In this document: one piece after another, positions 12,705 to 25,980 of the stretch | Layout: each line of letters begins with the position of its first letter | How positions within the stretch are numbered: position 1 is the stretch's first letter | Assembly: GCF_001194135.2 (NCBI RefSeq) | Contig: NC_068985.1 | Span: 18,591,285 to 18,655,284 of the forward strand | Origin: Octopus bimaculoides | Taxonomy: Eukaryota | Direction of reading: 5' to 3' | DNA: 64,000 nt | The notes under the pieces: generated by a model | Told to the model about the DNA's origin: nothing | Database searches by the model: none | Seen by the model: the letters and a program-made list of their open reading frames with translations, nothing else | Position numbers and translations under genes: made by a program

Positions 12705-12915
12705 AAGGCAGCAAGCTGGCAGAATCGTTAGCATGCCGGGCGAAATACTTAGCAGTACTTCGCCCGTTGTTATGTTCTGAGTTCAAATTCCATCAAGGTT
12801 GACTCTGCCTTTCATCCTTTCGGGGTCGATTAAGTCCCAGTTACGTACTGGGGTCGATCTAATCAACTGGCTCCCTCCCCTAAAATTTCAGGCTTTGTGC
12901 CTATAATAGAAAGGA
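12705..12915 (+). mobile_element. SINE family B, near full length
   Basis: AAGGCAGCAAGCTGGCAGAATCGTTAGCATGCCGGGCGAAA head (A box), GAGTTCAAATTCC (B box), TTTCATCCTTTCGGGGTCGAT core. Confidence 0.85.
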
Positions 12916-13389
12916 TTATTTTCTTGGCCAGTACATACACTCAGTTTTCACAATATTTTAGACTTTTTTTACAGCAGTTTAATATTCAATGAAACTTTGA
13001 TATGTTCTCACAGATTGTGGAATATCTTCAATCTTCAGAAATTAAAAATTCCAAAGTCTTTTTTTTTATTTTTAACATTAAATTTAAAACTCTAAGAGGT
13101 TGAAAAACATTGCCTCTGAATGAAGATACATGGATATATTCTTGTTTATAATCTTGTAGAAGCTCATCATCCCACTTGTGACAGGGATATTGTTCAGCAG
13201 TTGTTTAGTATGTTAGTCTTTACTTAACAGCAGAAAAAAATTTCATAGTTTTAGAATAGATTAAAAAAAAAGTTGTAAAATACTGAATGACCTTATTAAC
13301 CTAATGTTACAGAAGTGAGGAATGTTTTTTTTTTTTTTATGCGAAAATATTTCTGCAATATGAAAATACCAAAACTCAGTGACTTATAA

Positions 13390-13580
13390 GGGTTTCCGAT
13401 TTTGGTATAAGGCCAGCAATTTTTTTGAGGGAAGGGATTTAGTTGACTGGTACTTGAATTTATTGACCATAGGAGTATGAAAGGCAATATCAATCTTGGT
13501 GGGATTTGAACTCACAATATAAAGGGCTAGAACTAATACCACAAAGTGCTTTTCTGAAATTAATGATTCTGCCAGCTTGC
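13390..13580 (-). mobile_element. SINE family B
   Basis: TTTTGGTATAAGGCCAGCAATTT...GATTTGAACTC...GATTCTGCCAGCTTGCTGTCTT. Confidence 0.75.
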
Positions 13581-13859
13581 TGTCTTTCAGTAAGTCATAA
13601 CAAAAGTTCACAAGTTCAATTCTTCCACAAGAGAATGTAAAGAGAAACAACTATGGTGCTTGCAGAAAATGGGGCAATATGCTAGATCAGAGGTTCTCAA
13701 TGTAGGTGGTACTGCCCACCCCCATCCGAAGGGGCACTAGGCATGTCAAAGAAAGTGTTAGGCTTTAAGGGGTAGTGAGGAAGGGAGCAGTAAGATAACA
13801 TTAACATACTAAATTTTACCTTTACTAGTAATTATACATAAGACCATTTAGAGAGTGCA

Positions 13860-14230
13860 AACCTCCACCAAGGCAAAACCAACGTTCTCTCAATGATTAG
13901 CCAGAGATGATTTTTAAAATGAGAATATCTGAAATAAACTCGACTGCTCTCACAAACGAAAATACTGAAAATGAACCCAACTGCTATCAAAAATTAAGTT
14001 CAAAAAACGGAAAAATAATCCAGAATCCTTGTCCGGTACCAGATCAATCCCAAACTCTAATCAGTTTGTGCCATTCAATCCCAAACTCTAATCAGTTTGT
14101 GCCATTCATGAGGCTAAACATCCCAAAGTTTTATCCGAATCCATCCCAGTGATTCTTGAGATATCTTGTCCATGGACAAGCGAACAAACAAACAAACATG
14201 ACTGAAAACAATATCTCCACCTTCGCTAAG
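13860..14230 (-). mobile_element. Helentron/DINE-1-type non-autonomous element (HINE-like)
   Basis: Ends ACCTCCACCAAGGC and ATATCTCCACCTTCGCTAAG, internal (AAAC)n microsatellite and GATATCTTG...GGACAAG motif typical of this class; contains a 31-bp tandem duplication at 14045-14106. Confidence 0.55.
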
Positions 14231-14404
14231 CAGCATTTCTCAACATTTTTACCCTTGCATAATTCCTGCACAAAAATTATATTCTGTGCAAGAACCGCTA
14301 CACAAAAAAAATATATATGTACCATATTTTTTTCATCTTAGTTCACATGGTAAATATCATGTACCTTAGGCCAACAGGTTTTGGGGTCTGATGATATATA
14401 TACA

Positions 14405-14563
14405 TATGTGTGGTAAGTAGCTTGCTTACCAACCACATGGTTCCGGGTTCAGTCCCACTGCGTGGCACCTTGGGCAAGTGTCTTCTACTATAGCCTCAGG
14501 TCGACCAAAGCCTTTTGAGTGGATTTGGTAGACGGAAACTGAAAGAAGCCCGTCGTATATATG

Positions 14564-14604
<41 letters not shown>

Positions 14605-14795
14605 TTGCCCCCCCCCCCCAACATCGCTTGACAACCGATGCTGGTGTGTTTATGTCTCCATAACTTAGTGGTTCAGCAAAAGAGAACAATAGAATAAGTA
14701 CTAGGCTTACAAAGATTAAGTCCTGGGGTCAATTTGCTTGACTAAAGGTGGTGTTCCAGCATGGCCGCAGTCAAATGACTGAAACAAGTAAAAGA
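14405..14795 (+). mobile_element. SINE family A, young full-length copy
   Basis: CpG-retaining head GTGGTAAGTAGCTTGCTTACCAACCACATGGTTCCGGGTTCAGTCCCACTGCGTGG, internal (TA)/(TG) microsatellite, tail GAAACAAGTAAAAGAG. Confidence 0.92.
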
Positions 14796-14849
14796 GTTGT
14801 GATACCTCACTTGCCACTTAGGTGGATGCTAGGAATAACTACTTGGGTG

Positions 14850-15040
14850 GGTAGAAATCATTACCAGTACTTATTTATTAAATTGGGTACTTAATTCATT
14901 GGTTCCTTTTGCTGAACTGCTAAATTACAGTGATGTAAACAAACCAACACTGGTTGTCAAGGAGTGGTGGGAGACAACAAACAAACATACATACATACAC
15001 ACATATATGCCAAGCTTCCACACAGTTTCTGTCTACTTAC
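14850..15040 (-). mobile_element. SINE family A, partial, inverted relative to its neighbour
   Basis: CTTTTGCTGAACTGCTAAATTAC...GTAAACAAACCAACACTGGTTGTCAAG. Confidence 0.7.
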
Positions 15041-17974
15041 AGTAATCTTTACCCCTTTGTTATATTTTGTCATAAATAGTCAGGTTGGCTAGGTCTATAA
15101 ATCATTAACATTGCAAGCTATTGAACAAATATTTATTAGTCAATGACTCCAACAACGATAAGTGGGAGTGACTGAAACAGATTTTGATTGTTTGCTTGCA
15201 GCTGGCTGTAAATTTGGGACATGTAGCTCAAGTACCAAAGATAATTTTAGATAAAGAATGAAATGTTGTAAGAAAGAAAATATCTGCTTTGGTGCTTGCT
15301 TTATATTTCTGACTTTAAGACTACCAATATTATATTATTATTGCTTTAATCTGTAAAATTTCTTTTCATAAAAAATTTATATTGATAAACCAATTTGACT
15401 AGACTGAAATTAATCATTTAAGTTCACAAGTTAAGCAGGATTGAAAATTACATGCTACTTGAAACAAACACTATGTTTTTAGGCTTAGCTTCCAGCTGTT
15501 CCTTTTCAAGATCATACTGACATCTCAGTTTCCTTGCTGCTTAGCAAACGGAAAAGATCTATCGAAGAGGAGGAAGCGTTGATTAAAATATTTATTTCCT
15601 AGACAGAGGTATATGAACTGATTTCGGATATTAAGAATGTATCCATTTTATGAGAAATTATTTGAATAGAAGAAGAGAAGAAAAAGCCTGGTTTTTCAAG
15701 CAATACTTGGATATATTACAAACTGCACAATATTATTGGCTGTAGTAAGTAGCACAGTAGTTTGTTGTCAGTGAACCAAATCTGTGAGTCAGCTTTGATT
15801 CCAATGTGGTAATACTTATTTCAATTAGGATTTTAATGCACATTGGGAAGATATGAATATCAAAACAGACTGTTAATCTTAGTACCAGAAAGAAAAACCC
15901 CAACAAAGTTGTTGATTAGCCCCAGGTATTCCTCGAGTGAGGAAGTCTATGATCAAAGCATTCCCACCATGGCCACTCTGTCATCACCTTAGGCTTTATA
16001 CAATTAGTGCTACATTATCCATTTTCATCCTTTCAAGATAGTAGGGTATAGTACAAGATTCAACTGCTATTTCTAGTAGGTCAAGCAACCACACACAGGC
16101 TCACTCCTTCACTTGAAACTATAGAGGAAACACAGCACATGACGTTCATTTTTATATTCTGCCTCTCAGTTTGACCCTTAAACAATACATTCAGATGATT
16201 TATAACAATATAAATCTGTTTTTTAAACATAACAACCTCCTCTGCACTTTCAATCATATTGTCTCCTAATAATAAAATACACTTTTTATTTGTCGTTGCA
16301 AGACAATAATTCACTTATATGAACTATTTATATGCTTATAAAGTGATGGTTTCCTAAACTCCTTGTACTCATGAGATGAGAACAATTAACTACTTAAAAC
16401 TTCTAAAAGAAAGCAAAACTTTCCCATTCATATGGCCAAAGATCATATTGTCTTCCTGGTGTTCTTGTGCCATGACAACAATTCAAGAATATTAGCTAAA
16501 AATCATTAAAAAAGTATCTAAATGTTATACAGAATTAGAGTTTCAACGTTTAATTATTATAAAAGTCACAGAAATAAACCTGGAGAATATGGTATGAAAC
16601 TTTCCTATGGAAGAATTAATTTAGCTCAATAGGGCAATTCTAAAAGGATAAAACAATTATTTAGTCAGAAAAAAAAAAAGACATTGGCATCTAGCTGTAG
16701 AAACTATGCCAAAGCAGACACTGGAACTTGATGCAGTCCTATGGCTCGTGAGATCCTATCGTTATCCAACCCATACCAGCATGGAAAACTGACATGTAAT
16801 GATGACAGATACTTTTAGAAACAAGATTCCTTAGATATAAACACACAAACAACAATAACACAGTAGACTTGATAGAACAGTCATAAACAAATTACTTGTC
16901 CCCTCCAAGATCTAGCATTCTGGGTTGAACCATCATAATTGATGAAGTTTATCTAATAAGGCAAAACATGCCTGAAGTTGTCCCTTGATTGCTAAATTTC
17001 ACACACTTTCCACTGCATAACAATTTTAATTCAAATTCTAGATTATTCCCCCACCCCATCACATTTTTTACCAGAATTAGTCATTTAGATAAGGATTTTT
17101 CTCATCATTAAAAGGTAATCCAGCTTCTCTCTCTTGTGAGAGTGTGTGTGTGTATGTGTATTTACATGCAGTTAAATATGTGTCTGGTCATAGAGTGACA
17201 TATTTAACTTCATGTAAATACATTACAGCTCTATCCTTTAGAGAGTGCTTCTTTTACGGATATATGTCCCACTGACGCATGTGTGCATGTTTGTGGGTGT
17301 GTGCATGCTTGTGGATGTGCGTGCATGTGGGTGCTGGTGAGAATGCATGCCTTAAGGGTTAGAGTATCAGGTATACAATTGTAAGGTCATGCATTCAGTT
17401 CCTGGACCAGGGCTACATTGTGTTGTTGAATAAAGTTTTTCATTTGACATTGCATCAGTCTTGTGAATAGCAGCCAGTTGCTAGAGTAGCTCTCTTTGTC
17501 TCTCCCCTTATCAGCTGTCACATTCTCAATGTTCCAATGGGTCAAAGGGTCTCTTAAAACAATTAGCAAAAGCTACTGGTCATACTTGCTTGTGGGTGAC
17601 AGGTAAGCTCTGTGTTAGTGTGTGCATGTGTGCGTGTGCATGTGTGTGTACAAACACAAGGTATATGCATTTATACACAATGAAAATGAAAACAGGTTAG
17701 CTGGCATACAAACAAGACATGCAAACAAATAAACTAGCAGATAAATTTGTAATCGGAGAGAAATTAAAAATAAAGCAATTTTAAAGTAGATTTATTTGAG
17801 TTGCAATCAATTGGCAAAGCTGTTCGCAAAACAGTTAACGCAGTTTAAAACCTGGTTAAAGTATGTTTGAAAAACAGATTAGAAAGTATATTTCAATAAA
17901 TATACACACACACACGAATACATATATACATAAATACATAGACACACACACATACTTTGAATAAATAGTTAATA

Positions 17975-18120
17975 TCATCATCGTCATCGTTTAACATGTG
18001 CTTTCCATGCTAGCATGGGTTGGACGATTTGACTGAGGACTGGTGAAAACCAGATGGCTACACTAGGCTCCAATCTGATTTGGCAAAGTTTCTACAGCTG
18101 GATGCCCTTCCTAACGCCAA
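17975..18120 (-). mobile_element. RTE LINE 3' end
   Basis: CATCATCATCGTCATCGTTTAACATGTGCTTTCCATGCTAGCATGGGTTGGACGATTTGACTGAGGACTGG, reverse complement of 36600-36756. Confidence 0.85.
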
Positions 18121-18179
18121 ATATGAATAGTTATAGTTATTATAATATAATATTTATAAATAGTCATTAAAAATATCTT

Positions 18180-18497
18180 CAAGCGTTGGGCTTCATGGAG
18201 GCAATGACTAGTGACTGAGACCTTTGATAATATGCTGTGCTTGAGAAGAAGACCCATCAAGCCAAGTGAAATCATAGCCATGGCAGATACTGGTATCATG
18301 CAACTGGCACCTGAGCTGGTAGCATGTAAAAGCACCCATCATACTCTTGGAGTGGTTGGCATTAGGAAGGCATCCAGCTGCAGAAACCATGCCAAATCAG
18401 ACTGGAGTCTAGTGCAACCCCTCAGCTTACCAGCCCTGACCAAACTATCCAACCCATGCCAGCATGGACAATGGGCACTATATGATGATGATGATGA
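18180..18497 (+). mobile_element. RTE LINE 3' end (ORF C-terminus, 3' UTR, (GAT)n tail), older copy
   Basis: GAGGCAATGACTAGTGACTGAGACCTTTG...CAAGCCAAGTGA matches the ORF end at 36300-36377; ends in (GAT)n. Confidence 0.85.
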
Positions 18498-20234
18498 TAA
18501 GCAAAAACTGTCCTCATTCATAAAAACCAACCCAACAGAGTTTGGAGCTATTCAAATTTCTACTCCACTAAATATCTGTCAGCTTAAATACACTTTGTGA
18601 AACAAACACTTTATGCAAAAGCTATTGAAGGCACCAATTTATGTCAAGGAAATAAATCTTTAAATTTCAATTTCTGACTTTTTTCTTTTATCTGTAAACT
18701 GAAATTTAAGCAGCATCTTCCATTATAGTGCTAACATTTTATTTTTCAAACTCTTGTCAAAAGTAATCTTTGAACTACTGACAAACTAATGAAAGTTTGA
18801 AAGAAAATTAACTTTTGAAGCAGTAAGAATTATTCATAGACAAAATAATCACAGTTAATATGATGATTATACTTAGTGTGAATGCCCAGTCAAACTGAAA
18901 ATAGATTTTAAAAATAACTAATTTTGTTCAACACATGACAGTAAAATTATCTAAAATTCTGTAGCTAAATCCTGCTCTTTTTCTTTTTTGCTATAATTTT
19001 ACATTTTAAACAAAGAAATTGACTGACTTATAATAATTCAAATGTAAACCAATGTTGACACAACTACATTTGTGGACATAATGGATGGTGTTAAAATAAG
19101 GATATTTTATCAGTTATTCATTCCCAAGTAGTAATGGCTGCTATTGCCTTAAAAACTGAAAAACAACATAGTACCAAAATATGGTACTATTATCATTTTC
19201 AGTTAGGGGCCAAAAGATTTCTAGCCTAAATTATACAGCTAATATTGCTGTTATTAAGAATGACATGGCTAACCTTCACTACATTAAACACTAGGCTGCA
19301 TAAGCCAAATAAGTGGGTCTACAAATTTATGTTGATAAGATTGCATAACTACAGATAAGACTAAATCAGTCCTATTCATGACAATTGAGGACAGACAATA
19401 AAGCAAGCAGTACAATGTTTATCTTGGGGTATGAACTAGCAACCTCATACAATAATGAGGTTACAATCAAACATAGAAGTGAATTGCTGTAGATTGCTTT
19501 TTCTAAAAAAAAAAAAAAAAGCACCCTACCTGCTGGCACAGGTAGGATGGTTCGACAGGAACTGGTAAGCCAGAAGACTGCACTAAATTCTGCTGTCTGC
19601 TTTTGCATGGTTCTTATGTTGTATGTCCTTTCTTATGCCAACCACTTTACAGAGTGTAGTGGGTGATTTTTACATGGCAACAGCAGCAGTGAGGTCACCA
19701 AGTAACTATCAAGACAAGACCTCCTCAACTGGGGGGGGGGGTATTGAGGGATAAAAAGTGATGTCTTGCATTAGAAGAGAAACATAACTACTTAAAGTGG
19801 AGAGAGAGAGAGGGGGGATGTAACAGGGAGGGGGACAGGGGTTGTNNNNNNNNNNGTTACAGGGAGGTGTATATAGTGAAGTGGACGTGTGGGTGAGTTC
19901 ACAAGATTGTGAGAGGAAAGTGGGAGATAAAGGGGGGGGTGTAATGAGTGGGCACAGACGGAGATAAAGGGGGGGGGTGTAATGAGTGGGCACAGACTGA
20001 GAGAGGGGGAATATTGTGGGGAAGAGATTCAACATAGACATATGAATTAAATTATGTCACCTGGTTTGAAGAAAGAAAAAAATTAGATTTTAACTGTTGA
20101 AGTATTTCAAAACCAGGTTATGACATTTACTACTGATAAATGCCTGACAAAGTTAAGCAAAGTTAAAATATACTAAATCTACAGCAAACAACAACTGATT
20201 TACAGTAAAATTCCTCTTAATACTGTCTGAGCAT

Positions 20235-20449
20235 ATTAAACATTTAGTATTCAGGTTACTCTGTAAAATGTAATGCTACTTTATTCACCTTGTTTTGAAT
20301 TAGACATAAATCATCTTGTAGCTTAGAGAGATTTCAATGTGATAGATTATTTTTAGAATGACATTGTGTGGTAGGTGTGAGAAGCCAGATCTGGCCAGTT
20401 TGAACATAAAAGCAGGTAGATATGGCTGGTTTAAATGCTAAAGGGTTAA
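20235..20449. mobile_element. TTAA-ended MITE
   Basis: Degenerate left TTAAACATTTAGTATT and right AATGCTAAAGGGTTAA inverted ends; second copy at about 22790-22965. Confidence 0.6.
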
Positions 20450-20826
20450 GAGTTCTATTTGTGGTGTTTCTAAGATCTGTCTGGAGGGATAATCAGTGGA
20501 AATAGAAAATGAAGAAACTGAAATAGTCTCAACATCAGTCATGGGTAGAATTTAATGCAACAGAAGTAAGAAATGGTAGGCAGAGGAAATATGTTCATGG
20601 TAGTCTGTGCTTTTGCCGTTATTGGGTTCAGAGTCTAAAAAAAATGTTCCAATTCCAACCAAATGTAATATATGTTAAAACTTCCAGTTTTGCAGATACT
20701 AATTTGAAAATAATCAAATCAGATTTAAAGACTTCTGTGAAGTAGGATCTGGTAGAAGCAGTTTTGTCTAAGAAAAAAAGGCTGTTAGTAAACTTTGGAA
20801 TTTGATTTAACCCCTGTACTATAGGG

Positions 20827-21110
20827 CAGTGTTATTCAAAGTGGTGGTCCATGGACTGGTGCCAGTATGCGAGCCATCAGCTGTCAGTACACAGCAAATT
20901 TCCAAAAAGAAATAAACATTATAAAAGGCTTATAAAATGCTAACGTAATATTGTATTATTTGTTTACAAAATAAATAAAAGATAAAAAGAATTGTCAACT
21001 TTTATTATGTTCATTATATATATTGTTTCAAGAATAAATTAATATTACCGGTTACTGACACATTGGAAAAAATTGGCAGTATGCCACATCAGAGAGTTTG
21101 AGAAGCACTG
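20827..21110. mobile_element. hAT (Charlie/MER5-like) MITE
   Basis: TIRs CAGTGTTATTCAAA / TTTGAGAAGCACTG; 8-bp flanks CTATAGGG and CTGTAGGT (degenerate TSD). Confidence 0.7.
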
Positions 21111-21664
21111 CTGTAGGTCACAATATTTCTCAAATTTTGTAAGGGTAAACTTTTCAATATAATTTTATTTCATGTGTATTCTTTCATTTTGCATTCATGT
21201 TAATTTTATAGTTAAAATATGCTTTAATTTCAAGTAGAAAGGGTTATGTATCTAACTGAATTTAAAAAATGGTCATTTGGTAAATTGCTTTATATATTTG
21301 ATCTTTTAATTTGAACTTTGATAAACTGGTAAACAAAAATGCTCCTGGTTCAACCCCTACTTCTTGACACCTTGGACAGGTGCTTTCTACTGTAGCATCA
21401 GATAAAACAATGCCCTCCATGTGAAATTTGATAAACAGTAACTTAGAAAACCTCTCATATAACTCTTTCCTTTCCAGCATTGGTTTCATTTACTGTAGGT
21501 TTAGTCAGTTGTATCAAACTCTGTAACACAGTACCATAAAGATTGTTAAAATAAATATTAAGTTCTTTTTGATACAACACTGGTTTTACAGTAGTAAGCA
21601 GACATGGATACACGCGTGTATAAGACACATTTCTACTCTGTGTGTGTGTATGTGTGTGTGTGTG

Positions 21665-22005
21665 TCTAGGCTTGGTTGTGTGGTAAGATGTTTGCTTTGA
21701 AATCACATGGCTCCGAGTTCAGTCCCACTGTGTAGCAACTTGGGTAAATGTCTTCTACTATAGCCTCAGGCTAACCAAAGCCTTGTGAGTGGATTTGCAA
21801 GATAGAAACTGAAAGAAGCCTGTCACACAGCCAGTGTTGATGTGCCTGACCCTGTAACTTAACGGTTTGGCAAAAGAGTCCAATAGAATAAGAACCAGGC
21901 TTAAAATATTTTTTTTTAATGTACTGGGGGTTGATTCGTTTGACTAAAATACTTGAAGGTGAAGCTCCAGCATGTCTACAGTCTAATGACTGAAACAAGT
22001 AATAA
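21665..22005 (+). mobile_element. SINE family A
   Basis: GTGTGGTAAGATGTTTGCTTTGAAATCACATGGCTCCGAGTTCAGTCCCACTG head; ATGACTGAAACAAGTAA tail. Confidence 0.85.
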
Positions 22006-22020
22006 ATGAAATATAAAAAG

Positions 22021-22070
<50 letters not shown>

Positions 22071-22079
22071 TTATATAAT

Positions 22080-22230
22080 GATGACAGGTTTCTATCCACC
22101 AATTTCCACTCACATGGCATTATTCATCTGGGGTTGTAGTGGAAAACACTTGCTCAAGGTGCCACACAATGAATTCAACCCCAGAAACCTGGTAGCAAAA
22201 CAAACTTCTGAACCACACACCTAAACCTGC
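22080..22230 (-). mobile_element. SINE family A head fragment
   Basis: CACCAATTTCCACTCAC...AAACACTTGCTCAAGGTGCCACAC. Confidence 0.65.
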
Positions 22231-22789
22231 ATGTGAGCGTTTTCATGCTTATTGGTGCAAATCAACATATAGAGGTGCATCAAAAAAGAGTAAGTTAGCC
22301 ACTCAATGAATAATTATGAAATTAGTAACGGGATCAATACAATAGTCAGTTAGTACAAAGGTCAGTACAATTGGCTAAGAACATTCAACAGAGTCACCAG
22401 AAATGCCAAAGTTCAATGACTGAAACTAGTAAACAATAAAAAAAAATTAAAAAAGAACTTCCTAAATGTAGCAGGGAAAAAAGTATACAACTATAAATAA
22501 AAATGTGTAGGTAATTTCCTGATATGAAGGAAGTTAGAGACTCCATAGACATTTATTAATATCAAAAGAATGTTAAATATCTTTTGATGAGAGTTATAGA
22601 TACTCTCGTAAATGTACATATTAAAAATAATATTTGTTATTATAATATGAATGTAATTTATTAACATTTAGAATCTCAGGAAACATTCAAATCCAACCAG
22701 GAAATAATTGAGTTATGAATAAGAGTTTCAGGATTTAAAAACTGCAAGAATTTATATTTAGATTAATCTCAAATATAAAGCTTATTTAT

Positions 22790-22965
22790 TCACACCGTTT
22801 TGAGTTAATCATGTGTTATCTTGTAGCTCTGAGATTTCAATGATGTGATAATTTATTTTTAGAATGACATTGTAGGGTAGATGTGAGAGGCTGGATCTGG
22901 CTAGTCTGAACATAAAACAAGAACATTTGAGCCAGATATGGTCAGTTTAATTGCTTAGCGGTTAA
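22790..22965. mobile_element. TTAA-ended MITE, same family as 20235-20449
   Basis: Shared TTATCTTGTAGC...TTTTTAGAATGACATTGTAGGGTAG...GGATCTGGC; ends GCGGTTAA. Confidence 0.6.
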
Positions 22966-23229
22966 AGCTTTTGAGAAATACTGATAGTTTATATCTTAAT
23001 GAAATCATCAGCGTTCATTCTTTTGAATTTCCATGAGTCTGATGGAATTTGTTGAGGCAAATTTTCTACAGTAAGACACCTCATCACCAACCCTCACTGG
23101 TTTCCAAGTAAAATAATTTTCCCCCATGGCTGGACATGTTTCCGCAGAAAACAAGGGGTAACACTTGTATGACAATTGTTTACAACAATCACATATCAAC
23201 ACACACACACACACACATATATATATATG

Positions 23230-23570
23230 TATGATAGATGCTGGAAGGTGCCTATACCAGAATGTTATGTGCAGTGCTCAACATCTCTTGGAGAGAGCAC
23301 CCAACAAAACAATGGTTATATGGGAATGTACTGACTTTCATCACACCATCCAAAAGCAGAGATTGAGATTTGCTGGCCACTGCTGGAGAAGTAAAGAAGA
23401 ATTAGTGATTAATGTGTTGCTGTGGACACCAAATCATGGTACTACAGCAGCCAGAAGATCATGGAAGACATATATACAATAACTTGCAGAAGTTGTTGGA
23501 TGCCAAATTAAAGACCTAAAAATACTAATGAAAGATTGGGAGGGACGGAGATAGGTAGTCAGGCTGGCCC
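23230..23570 (+). pseudogene. RTE/RTEX-type LINE ORF C-terminal fragment
   Basis: Translates ...QKQRLRFAGHCWRSKEELVINVLLWTPNHG..RSWKTYIQ, the typical RLRxAGH / GRPxKT segment of RTE-clade proteins. Confidence 0.8.
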
Positions 23571-23624
23571 AGGCAATCAGCCTGACTGGATGATACCTCG
23601 ATTAAAAAACAAAAAATAAAAATG

Positions 23625-23775
23625 GATTTCTCCCAGTTTCCATCTACCAAATTCACTCATACAGCTTTGGTTGGCTTGGGGATATAGTAGAAGACACTTG
23701 ACCAAGGTACAATGCAGTAGGAGTGAACCTTGTTCCAAATGGTTGGGAAGCAAGCTTTTTAACCACACAGTCATG
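23625..23775 (-). mobile_element. SINE family A head fragment
   Basis: CAGTTTCCATCTACCAAATTCACTCA...GTAGAAGACACTTG...TTAACCACACAG. Confidence 0.75.
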
Positions 23776-23984
23776 CCTGATCATTGAAAATGTGTGTTGG
23801 ATCTTTTGCAAGATTCTATTGACTTCAATAAGTCATTAGCATCTAAGATTTCTAAGAAACTATAAAAAGACTTGTCAGACTATTTTGTCATTCTAAAAGG
23901 TTAAAAAGCAATGCAATGCTTTAGTACTTCATTTGTCATGAAATATAGGTGTGAAAACAGAAAGGCTACTGTACTAAATAGACA

Positions 23985-24360
23985 ATGTGTGGTTAAGAAG
24001 CTTGCTTTGCAACCACATGGTTTCAGGTTCAATCCCACAGTGTGACACCTTGGGCAAGTGTTTTCTACTATAGCTCTGAATTTACCAATGAATGCATTGT
24101 GAGTGAGTTTTGTGGACCAAAGTATGTAGAAGCTGTATGTGTGTGTGTGTGTGTGTGTGTGTTGGCACCACCACCCCAGCACTTCACAACCGGCGCTGAA
24201 TTTTTTTATGTCTCCCGTAACATAAAAATCTGGTGGTTTCAATAAAAGAGTGATAAAGTACCAGACTTAACTTCAATATTGGGGTTGATTTGTTTAACTA
24301 AAACCCTTCAAGGTGGTGCTCCAGCATGGCCACAGCCCAATGAATGAAACAAGTAAGAGA
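23985..24360 (+). mobile_element. SINE family A
   Basis: TGTGTGGTTAAGAAGCTTGCTTTGCAACCACATGGTTTCAGGTTC head; TGAAACAAGTAAGAG tail. Confidence 0.85.
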
Positions 24361-25719
24361 TAACAGAGGCTACATTGCATGTCTTAAGTCAACAAATACT
24401 TAACACGTTGACTAACTGAACCTTGAAGCATAACAACATAAGAACTAAGAAACTGAGAAAAGTATTTCCTGTGACTCATCAGGATTATATTTTGAGAAAA
24501 GAAAAAAACAAAAAAAAAAATGATTCATAATCATAACCTTTGAATATCTGCTAAAACACAGTGGTCAACAGAGCTAAAGCATCAGAAAGATTAATCAATA
24601 AATAAACAACAAAGAAATCATTCATTAGTATCCTAATAGATTCAATATGGTGAAGCTTCTTATAACAGAAATGTTTAATAATGACAAAGCTTATTAAGTA
24701 TCGGGGATTTATTCAACTGTATAAACATGCTTGGTCAATCCACAAATGAAAAATAAATAAGTAGGTCAGTAATTGATGAGAAGAGAGCAGGCTTTTTCCC
24801 CTCCCCACCTCCTTTTAAACGGGTTTTTCTTCACATATATTTTCATATTGCTGTTAATGAACAATAGTATCGTTGGTCACGAGTTTCTAACAAACTAATT
24901 ACTGGTTCACAACATTTCTGAATGAGAAAGAGATAAGGGTGTGTCTCTAACTCAATGTGCAACTAATATCACAAAGCACTTCCTTGTAAAACAATTTTTT
25001 TTTTCTGTTGTCTCATGTTTACAAACAAGATACATATATACACCTATATACATATATAAAAGACTTCTGCACAATTTCCATTTACCAAATTCCTCTGACA
25101 AAGTATTGTTCAAATTTTAGGCTAGAATAGAAAGCACTTGACTGAGGTGCCATGCAGTGGGATTGAACCTAAACCAATGTAATTGCAAAGTGAACTTCTG
25201 AATCACATAGCCATACCCACATTTATATATTTATATACTTTGGCACCAGCAACATGACCAAATAATTGATCTTATAACTGATATTTCATGACGAAAAAAA
25301 AAGAAAACAGTAACAAAAAAAAAAAAAAGACTAAGAATATCAAACTTCCTTACAATTTTCTCACTGACGATGAATCTTAAACCATAGCTTAGTACCATTG
25401 TTTAAAGAACAATTAATTCAAGATATAAATCTGGTGGTTTCATAGCTTTAGAAACAATGCCAAAATTGCATTTGACTTTTGAATCTAATTTTATTAAAAC
25501 CTTTGATAAAAAATTAATTAAAATTAATGGCTTCTCAGACAGAATGCGTATGATTTTTATTTCTGTTCAATTGCCTGTTAAAGTAAACATGCAGTTGACC
25601 TTTAAAACTTAATAACATTGTCCGTAGCAGTTTCGGTAATGGTAAGGCATGTATTACGACAGATCATTTTAATCTATATTAACCTTAGCTCATCCATCTG
25701 TAAGGAATAGTTAATAAAC

Positions 25720-25980
25720 TTCATACCAGCAGTCTTTCCTTGCACAGTGCATCCAATTCTCCTATGCCCAGATTTTCTTGCAATTCCTTTGTGCTCCACT
25801 GTTCATGCACATTACACATCCATCAGAGTATGTTCCTCTCATTTCTTCCCAGCCTCTGAACATCCTCAATAATTTACTGCCCACATTGCATCACCATGCA
25901 ACATCCCACTTTGTACACAAAAATTATACAATCACCCTTTTCAGAAGGGAAAATCCTGTAGCTGCTAGGAGAGGTAATAA
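25720..25980 (-). pseudogene. RTE LINE fragment
   Basis: Minus strand reads EDVQRLGRNERNIL*WMCNVHEQWSTKELQENLGI, matching the RTE post-RT LERNE..MLRWMCN..ELREKLGI segment. Confidence 0.7.

Noticed and set aside
16104-16268. Possible minus exon DNMIESAEEVVMFKKQIY... with AG/GTGAGC ends
   Set aside because: No homology recognised, and its phase-0 end does not join exon 10182-10281 in the open frame
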